Of a DNA stretch of 51,916 nt, positions 28,960 through 38,658 are shown piece by piece (position 1 is the first letter of the stretch; each line of letters opens with the position of its first letter). Position numbers and translations under genes: made by a program. The DNA comes from Clostridia bacterium (GTDB taxonomy: Bacteria; CBDUZB01; JAGLHV01), in the NCBI GenBank assembly GCA_030637025.1, contig DAOVVV010000019.1, positions 1 through 51,916 on the forward strand, in the 5' to 3' direction. A model generated the notes under the pieces. That model had not been told where the DNA came from. It saw only the letters and a program-made list of their open reading frames with translations, and did no database searches.

Positions 28960-29784
28960 TTAATTCTTAATCTGTAATATTATTTTTTTTAAAACATTCT
29001 CTGCTAAATTTACTCCCGGAGAGAGTTCATTTAAAAGACAGGACTGCAAAAGCACTGCATCACATAAAATATTTATCCAAAAAGGGAAAACAATTTTATC
29101 TTTTTTATCTAAAAATTCAAAAATTTTTTCTTTTACTTTTTCAGAAAAAATTTCCTGCCCCCCCCCGGACAATTCAAGATTTTGATTAATAAATTCTTTC
29201 ATCTCCTCAAAACTAAAAGGCTCCATGTTGTATTGCTTTGTTATCTTTTTAAACTTTTCGTTTTTTTCTATCCATTTATTAATTTCCGGTAACCCTAATA
29301 AAACAAAACTAACTATCCTTCCTCCATTTTCATCTTTTAATTCCGTTAAACGAAACAGGCTAAGAAGTGTTTTTTCTCCGGCAATATTATCACTATTATC
29401 AATTATAAAAAGTGTTCGTTTCTTTTCTGTATTATATTTCTCCTCTATAAAATCGGTAATACTTTTTATTTTTGATCCTGAACTATTAACCTGCCTTACT
29501 ATTCCTTTAGAAAGTGCCTCAAAATCAGTCTGTTCACCGGTAACAATCAGCAAAGCAGCATTATAATCATCTTCCCTTAGTAACTCTCTTAAAAGTTTTA
29601 TTCCTAAAGTGCTTTTTCCTGAACCCTTCTTTCCCGTAATTGTTAGGAAAGGAACCTTAAATTGTTTTATGGTTTCTAAGATTTCTTTTTCTATTTTATA
29701 TTTTCGTTCACTTTCATAACAAAGATTTACCTCTAAACCGGTTTCAAAAGGCAATTCTTTGAATCCAAAAAAATCTTTATACAT
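28960..29784 (-). CDS. ExeA/GspA/MshM-like AAA ATPase
   Basis: N-terminal MY..FFGF.E.PF, Walker A GKKGSGKST, Walker B LFIIDN, LLGLPE. Confidence 0.8.
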   Translation of the reverse strand: MYKDFFGFKELPFETGLEVNLCYESERKYKIEKEILETIKQFKVPFLTITGKKGSGKSTLGIKLLRELLREDDYNAALLIVTGEQTDFEALSKGIVRQVNSSGSKIKSITDFIEEKYNTEKKRTLFIIDNSDNIAGEKTLLSLFRLTELKDENGGRIVSFVLLGLPEINKWIEKNEKFKKITKQYNMEPFSFEEMKEFINQNLELSGGGQEIFSEKVKEKIFEFLDKKDKIVFPFWINILCDAVLLQSCLLNELSPGVNLAENVLKKIILQIKN

Positions 29785-29935
29785 AATCCCTCAAGTATTA
29801 GTTATTACTGTATTCAAATAAATAACTATTATAATTTGCTTAAAAGAATATTTCTTTACTATTTTGAATTTAAAATTTATGGTTTGTTCCTTGAAGTTAT
29901 CTTGTTTTAGGTAGTTTTTCTATTCAGTAACAATC

Positions 29936-29964
29936 AATATAATATATAAAACAAAAAAAGTCAA
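29936..29964 (-). promoter_or_regulatory. Putative sigma70 promoter of the mgl operon
   Basis: Minus strand TTGACT-N17-TATATT. Confidence 0.6.
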
Positions 29965-29989
29965 GTTTTTTCAATTACTTCATTCCCCT

Positions 29990-31252
29990 TTAATTCTTAT
30001 CCGTTATCAATTGTTTTCTTAATAAATCAAACACAGCATCAGCTACTTCTTCTTTAATTTTTTCACGTTTCCCCACAAATCTACATTCTTTGCATTCTCT
30101 CTTTTTAGCCGAAACGAAAGCCAAATAAACCAACCCGACAGGTTTAGATAATGACCCGCCTGTTGGTCCGGCAATGCCCGTAGTTGCTAAACCTATATCT
30201 ACCTGAGCACTTTGCCTTATTCCCTCAGCCATCGATAAAGCTACTTCTTTACTAACAGCCCCAAACAGATCTAAATCTCTTTTTTTTACTTTTAACATAT
30301 TAATCTTAACTTCATTGCTATAAGCAATTATTCCTTGCTTAAAATAAACAGAACTTCCTGCAATATTAGTCATCCGGTGGGCAATCAATCCCCCGCTACA
30401 GGATTCGGCAATAGCTAAAGTTAGTTTTCTTCTATTTAAAAGTTTTCCCACAACAGCCTCTAAAGTTTCCCGATTTTCACCATAAATACTATCTCCCAGT
30501 CGCTGATAAATTTCTGATTTTATTTTAAATAAAACTTCATCTATAAGTATTTCATCTTCTCCCTGAGCAGAAATCTCTAGATCAACAATAGCACCATGTG
30601 CCCGCAAACTAAAATTTAGTCCGCCTATTTTTTTCTCTATTCGTATTAAGTCTCTAATTTTTTCTTCTACTGCTGACTCGGGCAACCCGCAAGCATGTAA
30701 CATAATAGATTTTCTGATTTTATGTTCATATCTTATTTTCAAAAAAGGTAAAACTTTTTTTTTCATCATTGGTTGCATTTCTGAAGGAGGACCGGGAAGC
30801 ATAATGATTATAGGACCTACCGTCATTTTCTTTAATTGAATAATCATTCCGGGAGCAGTTCCCGTTAAATTAGGAATTACTTTCGCTCCTTCAATGATAT
30901 AAGCCTGTTTTTCATTTTCTTGCGGCATTTCCAAGTTCCTTTTAGCAAAATGAGCCGCTATATTATGCATAACTTCTCTGTCAAATACCAACTTTAAATT
31001 GATTACTTTAGCCATTATATCCCTGGTTAAATCATCAAAAGTAGGACCTAATCCACCGGTAGTAATAATAACCTGAGACCTTTCAATTGCTTTTTTAAAA
31101 AAATCCTCCAATAATTTTTCCTTGTCTTCCACAGTACTAATTAAATTTACTTCTATCCCTATATTCGTTAATTCCCGGCTAATATAGGCACTGTTAGTAT
31201 TTAAATGCCCTCTTAACAGTTCCGTTCCGATATTGATTAGTTCTGTATGCAT
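29990..31252 (-). CDS. cinA: CinA competence/damage-inducible protein (MoCF-like + NMN deamidase PncC)
   Basis: IGTELL.G...NS, GGLGPT.DDLT, LPGPPSEM, AESCSGG, TTGIAGP. Confidence 0.93.
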   Translation of the reverse strand: MHTELINIGTELLRGHLNTNSAYISRELTNIGIEVNLISTVEDKEKLLEDFFKKAIERSQVIITTGGLGPTFDDLTRDIMAKVINLKLVFDREVMHNIAAHFAKRNLEMPQENEKQAYIIEGAKVIPNLTGTAPGMIIQLKKMTVGPIIIMLPGPPSEMQPMMKKKVLPFLKIRYEHKIRKSIMLHACGLPESAVEEKIRDLIRIEKKIGGLNFSLRAHGAIVDLEISAQGEDEILIDEVLFKIKSEIYQRLGDSIYGENRETLEAVVGKLLNRRKLTLAIAESCSGGLIAHRMTNIAGSSVYFKQGIIAYSNEVKINMLKVKKRDLDLFGAVSKEVALSMAEGIRQSAQVDIGLATTGIAGPTGGSLSKPVGLVYLAFVSAKKRECKECRFVGKREKIKEEVADAVFDLLRKQLITDKN

Positions 31253-31269
31253 GTTTTATATTTTACCTT

Positions 31270-32589
31270 TTACTGTAATTTTAAAACGCAAAACTCCCCG
31301 CACATAGTACATGGTTTTTCTTTTTTATTTCTTGTTTTAAGTAAAGAATTTTCTACCCTAACTTTTTTCTTGAATCTTTTCGGGTTGATACACAATTTTT
31401 TTTGGGCATCCCAATCCAGTGCCCTGCGCGCTTTGGCCATCTTAATATCCCATTCAAGACTATTTTTTACACCCTTTACTATATCAGCTGCATGAGCAGC
31501 AATGCGTGAAGCAATTACCCCCTCTTCCACATCCTTTACCGAAGGTAAAGATAAGTGTTCTGCAGGGGTAACATAACATAAAAAATCTGCTCCGTAAGAA
31601 GCCGCCATTGCTCCTCCGATTGCTGAAGTAATATGATCATACCCGGGAGCTATATCAGTAACTAAAGGACCTAAAACATAGAAAGGAGTTTCCTGACATA
31701 AACTTTTTTCTAACATTATACTAGTTTCTATCTGATTTAAGGGAACATGTCCAGGCCCTTCAATTATTACCTGAACATTTTTTCTCCTCGCTCTTTTGGC
31801 TAATTCACCTAAAATAGAAAGTTCTTCCAGTTGAGCAAAATCTAAAGAATCTGCCAAACAACCCGGACGCAAACCATCTCCTAAACTTAAGGTAACATCG
31901 TAAGTTTGTGCAATTTCCAAAATTTTATCGAACTTCTCGTAAAGAGGATTTTCGCGTTTATTAAAAAGAATCCAATTAGCCAAAAAAGCCCCCCCCCTAC
32001 TCACTATACCCATTATCCTTTTATTTTTCTTCAAAACATCTAAAACATTCCGGGTTACCCCACAATGTAAAGTCATAAAATCAACACCTTCTTTTGCCTG
32101 TGCTTCAATAACATTAAACATATCTCCTGCCGTCATATTTTTAATATCTTTTCCTTTTTCCATGGTTTTTCGTGCTACCTGATAAATAGGAACCGTTCCT
32201 AAAGGCAAGGGAGATTCTTTTAAAATCATTCTTCTAATTTCTTTTAAATTTTTTCCTGTAGACAGGTCCATTAATACATCTGCACCTACTCTGACAGCTG
32301 CTCCCAACTTCTTCTTTTCTTCGATTAAACTTCCATAATCAAAAGACGTCCCGATATTGGCATTGACTTTAGTTCTTAAGCCTTTACCTATACCTACCGG
32401 TTTAAATTTTCTGTTTTTATTTTTTCCTAATTTCAACAAAGATGTTTTTCTTAATTTATTTTGAAGAATTACTATTTTCCCCTCTTGTACACCCTTTCGA
32501 ATAAATTCCGGTGACAAACTTTCATGGTCCGCAACTATTTCCATTTCCGGCGTAATTTTTTTCTCTCCAGCTGCCTTCAACTGTATCAT
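31270..32589 (-). CDS. thiC: Phosphomethylpyrimidine synthase ThiC (family includes BzaF)
   Basis: [52 protein letters not shown]; likely start MIQLKA. Confidence 0.88.
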   Translation of the reverse strand: MIQLKAAGEKKITPEMEIVADHESLSPEFIRKGVQEGKIVILQNKLRKTSLLKLGKNKNRKFKPVGIGKGLRTKVNANIGTSFDYGSLIEEKKKLGAAVRVGADVLMDLSTGKNLKEIRRMILKESPLPLGTVPIYQVARKTMEKGKDIKNMTAGDMFNVIEAQAKEGVDFMTLHCGVTRNVLDVLKKNKRIMGIVSRGGAFLANWILFNKRENPLYEKFDKILEIAQTYDVTLSLGDGLRPGCLADSLDFAQLEELSILGELAKRARRKNVQVIIEGPGHVPLNQIETSIMLEKSLCQETPFYVLGPLVTDIAPGYDHITSAIGGAMAASYGADFLCYVTPAEHLSLPSVKDVEEGVIASRIAAHAADIVKGVKNSLEWDIKMAKARRALDWDAQKKLCINPKRFKKKVRVENSLLKTRNKKEKPCTMCGEFCVLKLQ

Positions 32590-32794
32590 TTTTCTTTTTT
32601 CTCCTTTTATATAATGTTCTTGAAACACCCTTGAATCAACTAAACCATCAAACTAAATTTTTCTTTTGCTAAATTTAAAAGCCCCTTCTTCTAAATTATC
32701 ATGTTTTTGGATTTTGTATTCTAAGGAAAAATTTCGGATTAAACTATCTATAAAACTGTGTTTTACGGCTCTTTGGAATTTTTAGCCGTTTTTC

Positions 32795-33469
32795 TCAATA
32801 AATATATACTATTCTGGCAATTATTCCTACAATAATAGCCATCCCACTCCCTACAATTATATTTTCCCGGGAATAATCTAATTGCTCTTTTATTCGGGTC
32901 TTAGCCAGAAAAAATCTCCCCATCCAGACTAAGGGAAAAAGCATCTTCCAAAAACCCGGCAAAAGTAAACAGAAAAAAATAATTGTTCTTTCTGCTATTC
33001 CATAATATTTTTCTTTTCCTTTTATACTTGTTTCGTCAAAATTTTTAAGGTAATAAATAAAAATAGTTGTAAAGTGCGTAGCAATAATATATAACGCCAA
33101 AACAATTACCCATCTCTCCCTCATTAAAGGGGCTGAAAGAACAAGAAAAAACTTCCATACTAAAAAAATAATCGAAATATGTAAAATTTGATCTACAATA
33201 AAAAACAAAACACTATCTTTTTTCCTATATTTTTTTATTACAACAATCCTCATAGTATCAATAAAAAAATGCGAAAGGGCAATAACAACAATATAAATCC
33301 AGTTATTTTCTAAAAAATTATTATACAAAAACAAACTCAGCATGAAAAAAATAAGGGTATGAACCATAACCCCAAAAATATTTTTACTTTTAACTTCGGC
33401 AATTTTATTCGTCTGCAGAGTAAAATCAGCTAATAAATGTGCTAAAATTAAACGCCAAAACAAAAACAT
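32795..33469 (-). CDS. DUF3307 membrane protein
   Basis: AHLLADFTLQ, H.., HFFID and DQILH motifs; hydrophobic. Confidence 0.8.
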   Translation of the reverse strand: MFLFWRLILAHLLADFTLQTNKIAEVKSKNIFGVMVHTLIFFMLSLFLYNNFLENNWIYIVVIALSHFFIDTMRIVVIKKYRKKDSVLFFIVDQILHISIIFLVWKFFLVLSAPLMRERWVIVLALYIIATHFTTIFIYYLKNFDETSIKGKEKYYGIAERTIIFFCLLLPGFWKMLFPLVWMGRFFLAKTRIKEQLDYSRENIIVGSGMAIIVGIIARIVYIY

Positions 33470-33530
33470 TTTTTTTCCTTTCCTTTAATTTAAAATCAAA
33501 TTTTTTATATAATTAAATTATCTTTTATAA

Positions 33531-36200
33531 TTATTTTTTCTTCCACAAATTATCTAATAAGTCGCGTGCTTTTTCTTTAAGTATATCCTCGGGTTTTTCC
33601 TCTCCGTTTTCCCCTTTAATCTTTATTTTTTTAAATATTTCTTCCACAACTTTTTGTTTTATTACTTCTTTTGCTTTTTTAAGTTTGGGTTTAATTTTAG
33701 GATTATCATAATTTCCTTTAATGAAAAAGGTTAAAATTACACGACCGTCTTTATCGACTTCGGTATAAGCTGCCAGCTCTTTTCCTTTTCCCTTGGGCAA
33801 TTTAACATCCATCTGTAAATCCAGTTTTTCTTTAACTAAATCAATCTTTCCCTTAGAGAAAATATCCGAACTTAAAGTATAAACAAAACTTTCTTCTGTC
33901 ATTATCCCCCGGTTAAAAATATAATCTCCTTTAATTCTGTTATAAGAAATTTCTCCCCCCAGAGAATCAACATTTTTAACCAGTCCTTTTTTTTCTAATT
34001 TCTGTAATAAAAGAACCGGGGAAAGCAATGCTTTAAGCAGTTTAGACTTGGAAGCTAAAGCGGTAAGATTATATATTTTTCCTTTTCCCATAGTGACAAA
34101 AGCTTTTCCGGAAAGTTTTCCTAAATCTGCCGTAAGATTCCCAAATGTCCACTTTAACTCTATATTGTTCCCCCGATAATTACTATGGATTATTTTTCCA
34201 ACTTTAAATTTACCTCTTGTTTTAATTTTCATCCCCGGAATTTTTTTAGTACCGGAAGAAACAACTTTTTTTTCTTTTTTAGAAATTTTTTCTCCTTGAG
34301 GCAGGGGAGGAAATAAAAAGAAAATTTTATCAAAATCCAATTCTGACAAAGAACCCTCAAAAGAAATATCCGGCGACTTAAAGTTTTTCACAAAAAGCTT
34401 ATTTATTTTAAAATCAGCACCATTCATTTTAGCCGTAAATTTTTTTGTGTTAATGCTTTGTTGACTAAAATCAATGTCGGCAGTAAAATCGGTTATTTTA
34501 TTCTTTTTATACTCCGCCTGAAAATTATTTAGTTTAAAATTACCTTTGAATTTAAGTTTTTTAACATCCCCGCTTAAATCAGTCTTTATTCCCATTATCC
34601 CCTTGATTTTATATTTTGGAATTAATTCAGAAATGTCGGCAAATTTTTGTAAATTAAACTGATTGGTAAATAAATTACCAACCAGTTGCTGTTTATCAAG
34701 ATTAAATATTGCTTTTTGCATTTTTAGTTTAAAATCAGAAAATAAAAATTCTGCTGAATTTATCTTTATTTGCCTCTTATCCCGGGGTGTTTCCTGATAA
34801 TTAACTGCTAATTTAATATGCGCGGGAACCTGTTGCGTTTTTTTAAAAATATTGCTGTATTTCATTTCTACCCCGGAAAAATCCAGCATTGATTCAATAA
34901 AAATATTTTTCAAGGTACCTTTAAGTTTACTCTTTAATATGGACTTTCCAGTGAAAATAAAATCTTTAGGGAAAGGTAATTGCAAAAAATCCCTGATTTT
35001 ATCAACAGAATTTATTTGCAAATCCAAATCCAAATCTATATAGGGATTATCAAGATTATTAATTAGCCCCTTACTCTTTAACTTAAGATTGGAAAACAAG
35101 AGCTCTGCAGAGTTTACCTTCAATTGTTTTTTCTTTTCTTCTGTTTCCTTAAAATTAACTGCGAAGTTAATATTCGCCGGCATTTGCCGGGTTTTTTTAA
35201 AAAGATTCCCGTATTTTAATTCCAACCCGGAAAAATCTAAATTTGATTCAACAAAAACATCCTTTAAATTTCCCTTCACTTTCCCTTTCAAAACAGATTC
35301 TCCTTTTATTACCAACCCTTCAGGAAAAGACAAATCCAGTAATTGTTTAATTTTATCAATGGAATTCAGGTTAAATGAAAAACTAAAATCAAACAAAGGA
35401 TTATTTATGTTTTTTACCTGTCCGAAAAGATTAGCACCCATTTGGTTACTGGTAAAACTCAGTTGCTCAATATCTATTTTGACTTTGTCCAATTCTAAAT
35501 TAGACAAACTAACTTTACTCTTAAACTTAACTTTTCCATTTAATTCTTTTTTATTCAAAACAACTTTCCCTTTAAAAGAGAGATCTACCTTAAAAGGAGT
35601 TAACAAATTAGCATTTTTCACTTCTAAATTGATTTCTTCGATAGTTGTATCAAATTTATTAGTAAACTTGTCTTTGAAAGAAACCGTCCCTTTTGAAATT
35701 TTAACCTTCGAAACTAAAAAAGAAAAATCGCTTTTTTTATCTTCGACTGATTTAGACTGCTTTTTTCCCTCAATATTTTTTTCTTTTTCGGTTGAACTTT
35801 TTTCCATTAAATCACTAAAATTAAACTTTCCATCCCCTATTTGCTCCAATGCAATTTGTGGCTCAACTAATACTATTTTACTAACAACTAACTTTTTCTT
35901 TAATAAAGCCAATAAATAATATTTAACTACAAATTCTTTGGCTGATATAAAAGTCCCTTCCTGAAAAGTTGACAATTGTGAAATTTTTAATCCTTCAACG
36001 GTAATTCCTTTAAACAATCCAATACTAATTTTTTCCATCCTGACTTCCCGATTTAAAAATTCAGTTAATTGCCCTGTTAAAATTGTTTTTATTTTTTCCG
36101 GCGGAAATAAAATGCGAATTAAAACTGTTCCTGCCACCAATAGCAGTAGAATTATTGTTACTGCCCAAAACAAAATTTTTTTTATTTTCCCTTTTCTCAT
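33531..36200 (-). CDS. AsmA-family protein with an internal 118-aa duplication
   Basis: N-terminal TM helix, L.REV, P.I.L...GDGKFNFSDL; C-terminal G.IDL...I.G...NP. Confidence 0.8.
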   Translation of the reverse strand: MRKGKIKKILFWAVTIILLLLVAGTVLIRILFPPEKIKTILTGQLTEFLNREVRMEKISIGLFKGITVEGLKISQLSTFQEGTFISAKEFVVKYYLLALLKKKLVVSKIVLVEPQIALEQIGDGKFNFSDLMEKSSTEKEKNIEGKKQSKSVEDKKSDFSFLVSKVKISKGTVSFKDKFTNKFDTTIEEINLEVKNANLLTPFKVDLSFKGKVVLNKKELNGKVKFKSKVSLSNLELDKVKIDIEQLSFTSNQMGANLFGQVKNINNPLFDFSFSFNLNSIDKIKQLLDLSFPEGLVIKGESVLKGKVKGNLKDVFVESNLDFSGLELKYGNLFKKTRQMPANINFAVNFKETEEKKKQLKVNSAELLFSNLKLKSKGLINNLDNPYIDLDLDLQINSVDKIRDFLQLPFPKDFIFTGKSILKSKLKGTLKNIFIESMLDFSGVEMKYSNIFKKTQQVPAHIKLAVNYQETPRDKRQIKINSAEFLFSDFKLKMQKAIFNLDKQQLVGNLFTNQFNLQKFADISELIPKYKIKGIMGIKTDLSGDVKKLKFKGNFKLNNFQAEYKKNKITDFTADIDFSQQSINTKKFTAKMNGADFKINKLFVKNFKSPDISFEGSLSELDFDKIFFLFPPLPQGEKISKKEKKVVSSGTKKIPGMKIKTRGKFKVGKIIHSNYRGNNIELKWTFGNLTADLGKLSGKAFVTMGKGKIYNLTALASKSKLLKALLSPVLLLQKLEKKGLVKNVDSLGGEISYNRIKGDYIFNRGIMTEESFVYTLSSDIFSKGKIDLVKEKLDLQMDVKLPKGKGKELAAYTEVDKDGRVILTFFIKGNYDNPKIKPKLKKAKEVIKQKVVEEIFKKIKIKGENGEEKPEDILKEKARDLLDNLWKKK

Positions 36201-36224
36201 TTTTTCATCCCTTTTTTAATTTTC

Positions 36225-36397
36225 GTAATGCCAAAAATGTTCGACATTTAATTTATAATTTGTATAATTTATTAACGAGAATATTTGTTTAGTTTTGTGT
36301 TCCCGTCGTCCTCCCCCATTGAAAAAGAATAATATTTCCCCCTTTTTCAAAGGGGGAAATCTCTTTTCATATTTTTTCATCTAATTTTTGACATTAC
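36225..36397. mobile_element. Candidate MITE-like element with an internal REP-like hairpin
   Basis: GTAATGCCAAAAAT / ATTTTTGACATTAC terminal inverted repeats (13/14); internal perfect 12-bp stem at 36334-36360. Confidence 0.45.
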
Positions 36398-36530
36398 CTT
36401 AATTTTTATTCCTACCATTTTTACAGGATAAACCTCTCGCTTTTTATTTTATCCCCCCAGCAGATAAAATCCAGAATTTCAAAACCTATACGAACCAAAA
36501 ACCGTTAACTTTAATACTCTACTAATTTTG

Positions 36531-38537
36531 TTACTTCTTTGGTTGTTCCTTTAATATAATAATTTCCACTCTTCTGTTTTGTGCTCTTCCCTGCCGGCTG
36601 GAGTTACTGGCTATAGGCTTCGTTTCCCCAAAACCAACGACTGTTATTCTCTGAGAATTTATTCCTTTTTCAACTAAATACTTATAGACACCGCCTGCCC
36701 TTCTCACCGATAACTTTTGATTAAAAGAAGCTTTTCCTACACTATCGGTATGTCCTTCAATAACTACTTTATTATCCGAATATTCATTAAGCAGCATTAC
36801 TACTTCCGATAAAGCTTTATAAGATTGTTTTTTTAGAGTACTTTTTCCCGAATTAAATAAAACATTGGAAGAAAGATTTACTTTCAATCCTCTCTTGTCT
36901 TCTTTAATTATAATTTCCTTTACTTGAATTACTTTTACTTTTATTTCTTTAGGTGTACTTACCGCTTTATTACCTGCTTCATCAGTAAGAGTCATTACTA
37001 TATTATATATATCATTAGGTACAACTTTGTTATAATAATCATCCTTGCCATCCCATAAAATAGAAGAAGGCAATAATTTTTCTCCCTTAAAACTTTTTAC
37101 TAACTTCTCTTCCCCGGTTAAAATATCTATCTTCCATTTTCCTATTCCCTGCACCTGAGCTGTAGAAAAATTAATTGAGGCTATATCATCTTTTCCATCT
37201 CCGTTAGGCGAAATAATGAAGGGAGAAACTGACCATTCCAGCAAAGGAGGAACCGTGTCTAAAATAATCCACCCTTCTTTAGACCTAATTTTTTTCCTCC
37301 CTTTTCCTTTTACCTGAAAAACATATTTATACTTTCCATCTTCCACGACTTCTCTTGTTTCATTTGTTCCTCTCCAAATAATCTTTAGCGGAATTTGATC
37401 CTTTCCCATAAATTCTTTAATTAATTCATCATTACTATCTCTTATTTGAAAAATCCACTTTTTTACCGTTTCAAAATTAGAAACCATAATAGTAAAAACA
37501 ACCTTATCCTTTACTTCATCCCTATTGGGAGAAAAAATTCGGGGTTTAGCTAAAACTATTACTTCTGCACCAAAAGGAATGTCTTTTTCTACTCCACTCC
37601 CAAAACTACCGGTTAAAGATATTCGATGAGTAAACCCCATTCCCCCGTAAGGAACGAAAGCATAATCCAATAAAAATCCTCTGCATTTAATCCCCACACC
37701 CATTCTCCAGCCGGAAAGGGGGTCCCCTTCTCTGAGTTTATTATCTTCAAGATCATATTTATACCCAAAGCGTAAAGCCAGAATATCCGCACCCCAATGT
37801 TCCAGCCCAAAACAAAAATTATAATCTTCATCTATAGGCTTATTTATATCTACGGTCAAATTAAGGTCGGTATGCTGCTCGGGGAAAGAAAAACATCCAG
37901 CCATCCCTAATTTAACATTTACCGGTAAATATTCTTCTTCTTCAATAAATTTCATTCTCGAACCAAGATTTTGACCCACAAGCCCCAGAGAAAAACTATT
38001 TCCTTCTTTATTAGTACAAAATAACACCCCAATATCGGAAGCAATTGACATTGCTTTTTGATCATCTATTTTACTCTCCAACGCTTTTGCACTCACCCCC
38101 AGAGAAAATTTTTCTCCCAGACACACTCCATAAGAAAGCATTCCTAAAGCATCATAAACGCTAAATTTCCCCTCTTCCACTCCTTCGGAAATTCTATACA
38201 TTTTATCCATATAGACATACTGCATTCCTACCCCAAAAGTCCCAATTGAAGTGGGTTGAATATATCCCAAGAAATCATAACTAATATCACCTAACCATAT
38301 CGCATGGGTTGCTTGAATTTCTGAGTCTAAAGCCCATCCCAAACCAGCAGGGTTAAAATAAAGAGCATCTACTCCCTCAGCTAGCGCAGTATAAGCTTCT
38401 CCCATCCCACAAGAACGGGCTCCTATTGGTATTTTAAGGAAAGAAGCTGTTGTTTGATGAGTAGAAGCATTTAAATAATTATTTACGCTAAAACAAAAAA
38501 ATAAACTAATGATAAAAAAGACTCTTTTTCTATTCAT
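36531..38537 (-). CDS. PorV/FadL-like beta-barrel + two FlgD-like Ig repeats + OmpA-like C-terminal domain
   Basis: Signal peptide; FLKIPIGAR..GMGEA...YFNPAGL; FSPN.D and ISPNGDG..WDG; EGHTDS...NQKLS.RRA...NRRVEI. Confidence 0.82.
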   Translation of the reverse strand: MNRKRVFFIISLFFCFSVNNYLNASTHQTTASFLKIPIGARSCGMGEAYTALAEGVDALYFNPAGLGWALDSEIQATHAIWLGDISYDFLGYIQPTSIGTFGVGMQYVYMDKMYRISEGVEEGKFSVYDALGMLSYGVCLGEKFSLGVSAKALESKIDDQKAMSIASDIGVLFCTNKEGNSFSLGLVGQNLGSRMKFIEEEEYLPVNVKLGMAGCFSFPEQHTDLNLTVDINKPIDEDYNFCFGLEHWGADILALRFGYKYDLEDNKLREGDPLSGWRMGVGIKCRGFLLDYAFVPYGGMGFTHRISLTGSFGSGVEKDIPFGAEVIVLAKPRIFSPNRDEVKDKVVFTIMVSNFETVKKWIFQIRDSNDELIKEFMGKDQIPLKIIWRGTNETREVVEDGKYKYVFQVKGKGRKKIRSKEGWIILDTVPPLLEWSVSPFIISPNGDGKDDIASINFSTAQVQGIGKWKIDILTGEEKLVKSFKGEKLLPSSILWDGKDDYYNKVVPNDIYNIVMTLTDEAGNKAVSTPKEIKVKVIQVKEIIIKEDKRGLKVNLSSNVLFNSGKSTLKKQSYKALSEVVMLLNEYSDNKVVIEGHTDSVGKASFNQKLSVRRAGGVYKYLVEKGINSQRITVVGFGETKPIASNSSRQGRAQNRRVEIIILKEQPKK

Positions 38538-38658
38538 TTTATCCCCTTTTTATTTTTATATTTAAGTCAAAAACAAATTCCCAATATTAAAAATTTATCC
38601 TGTTTTTATCTATTACTCTTTTTACATATTGAAACTTTATTATTGATTAATTTATTAT

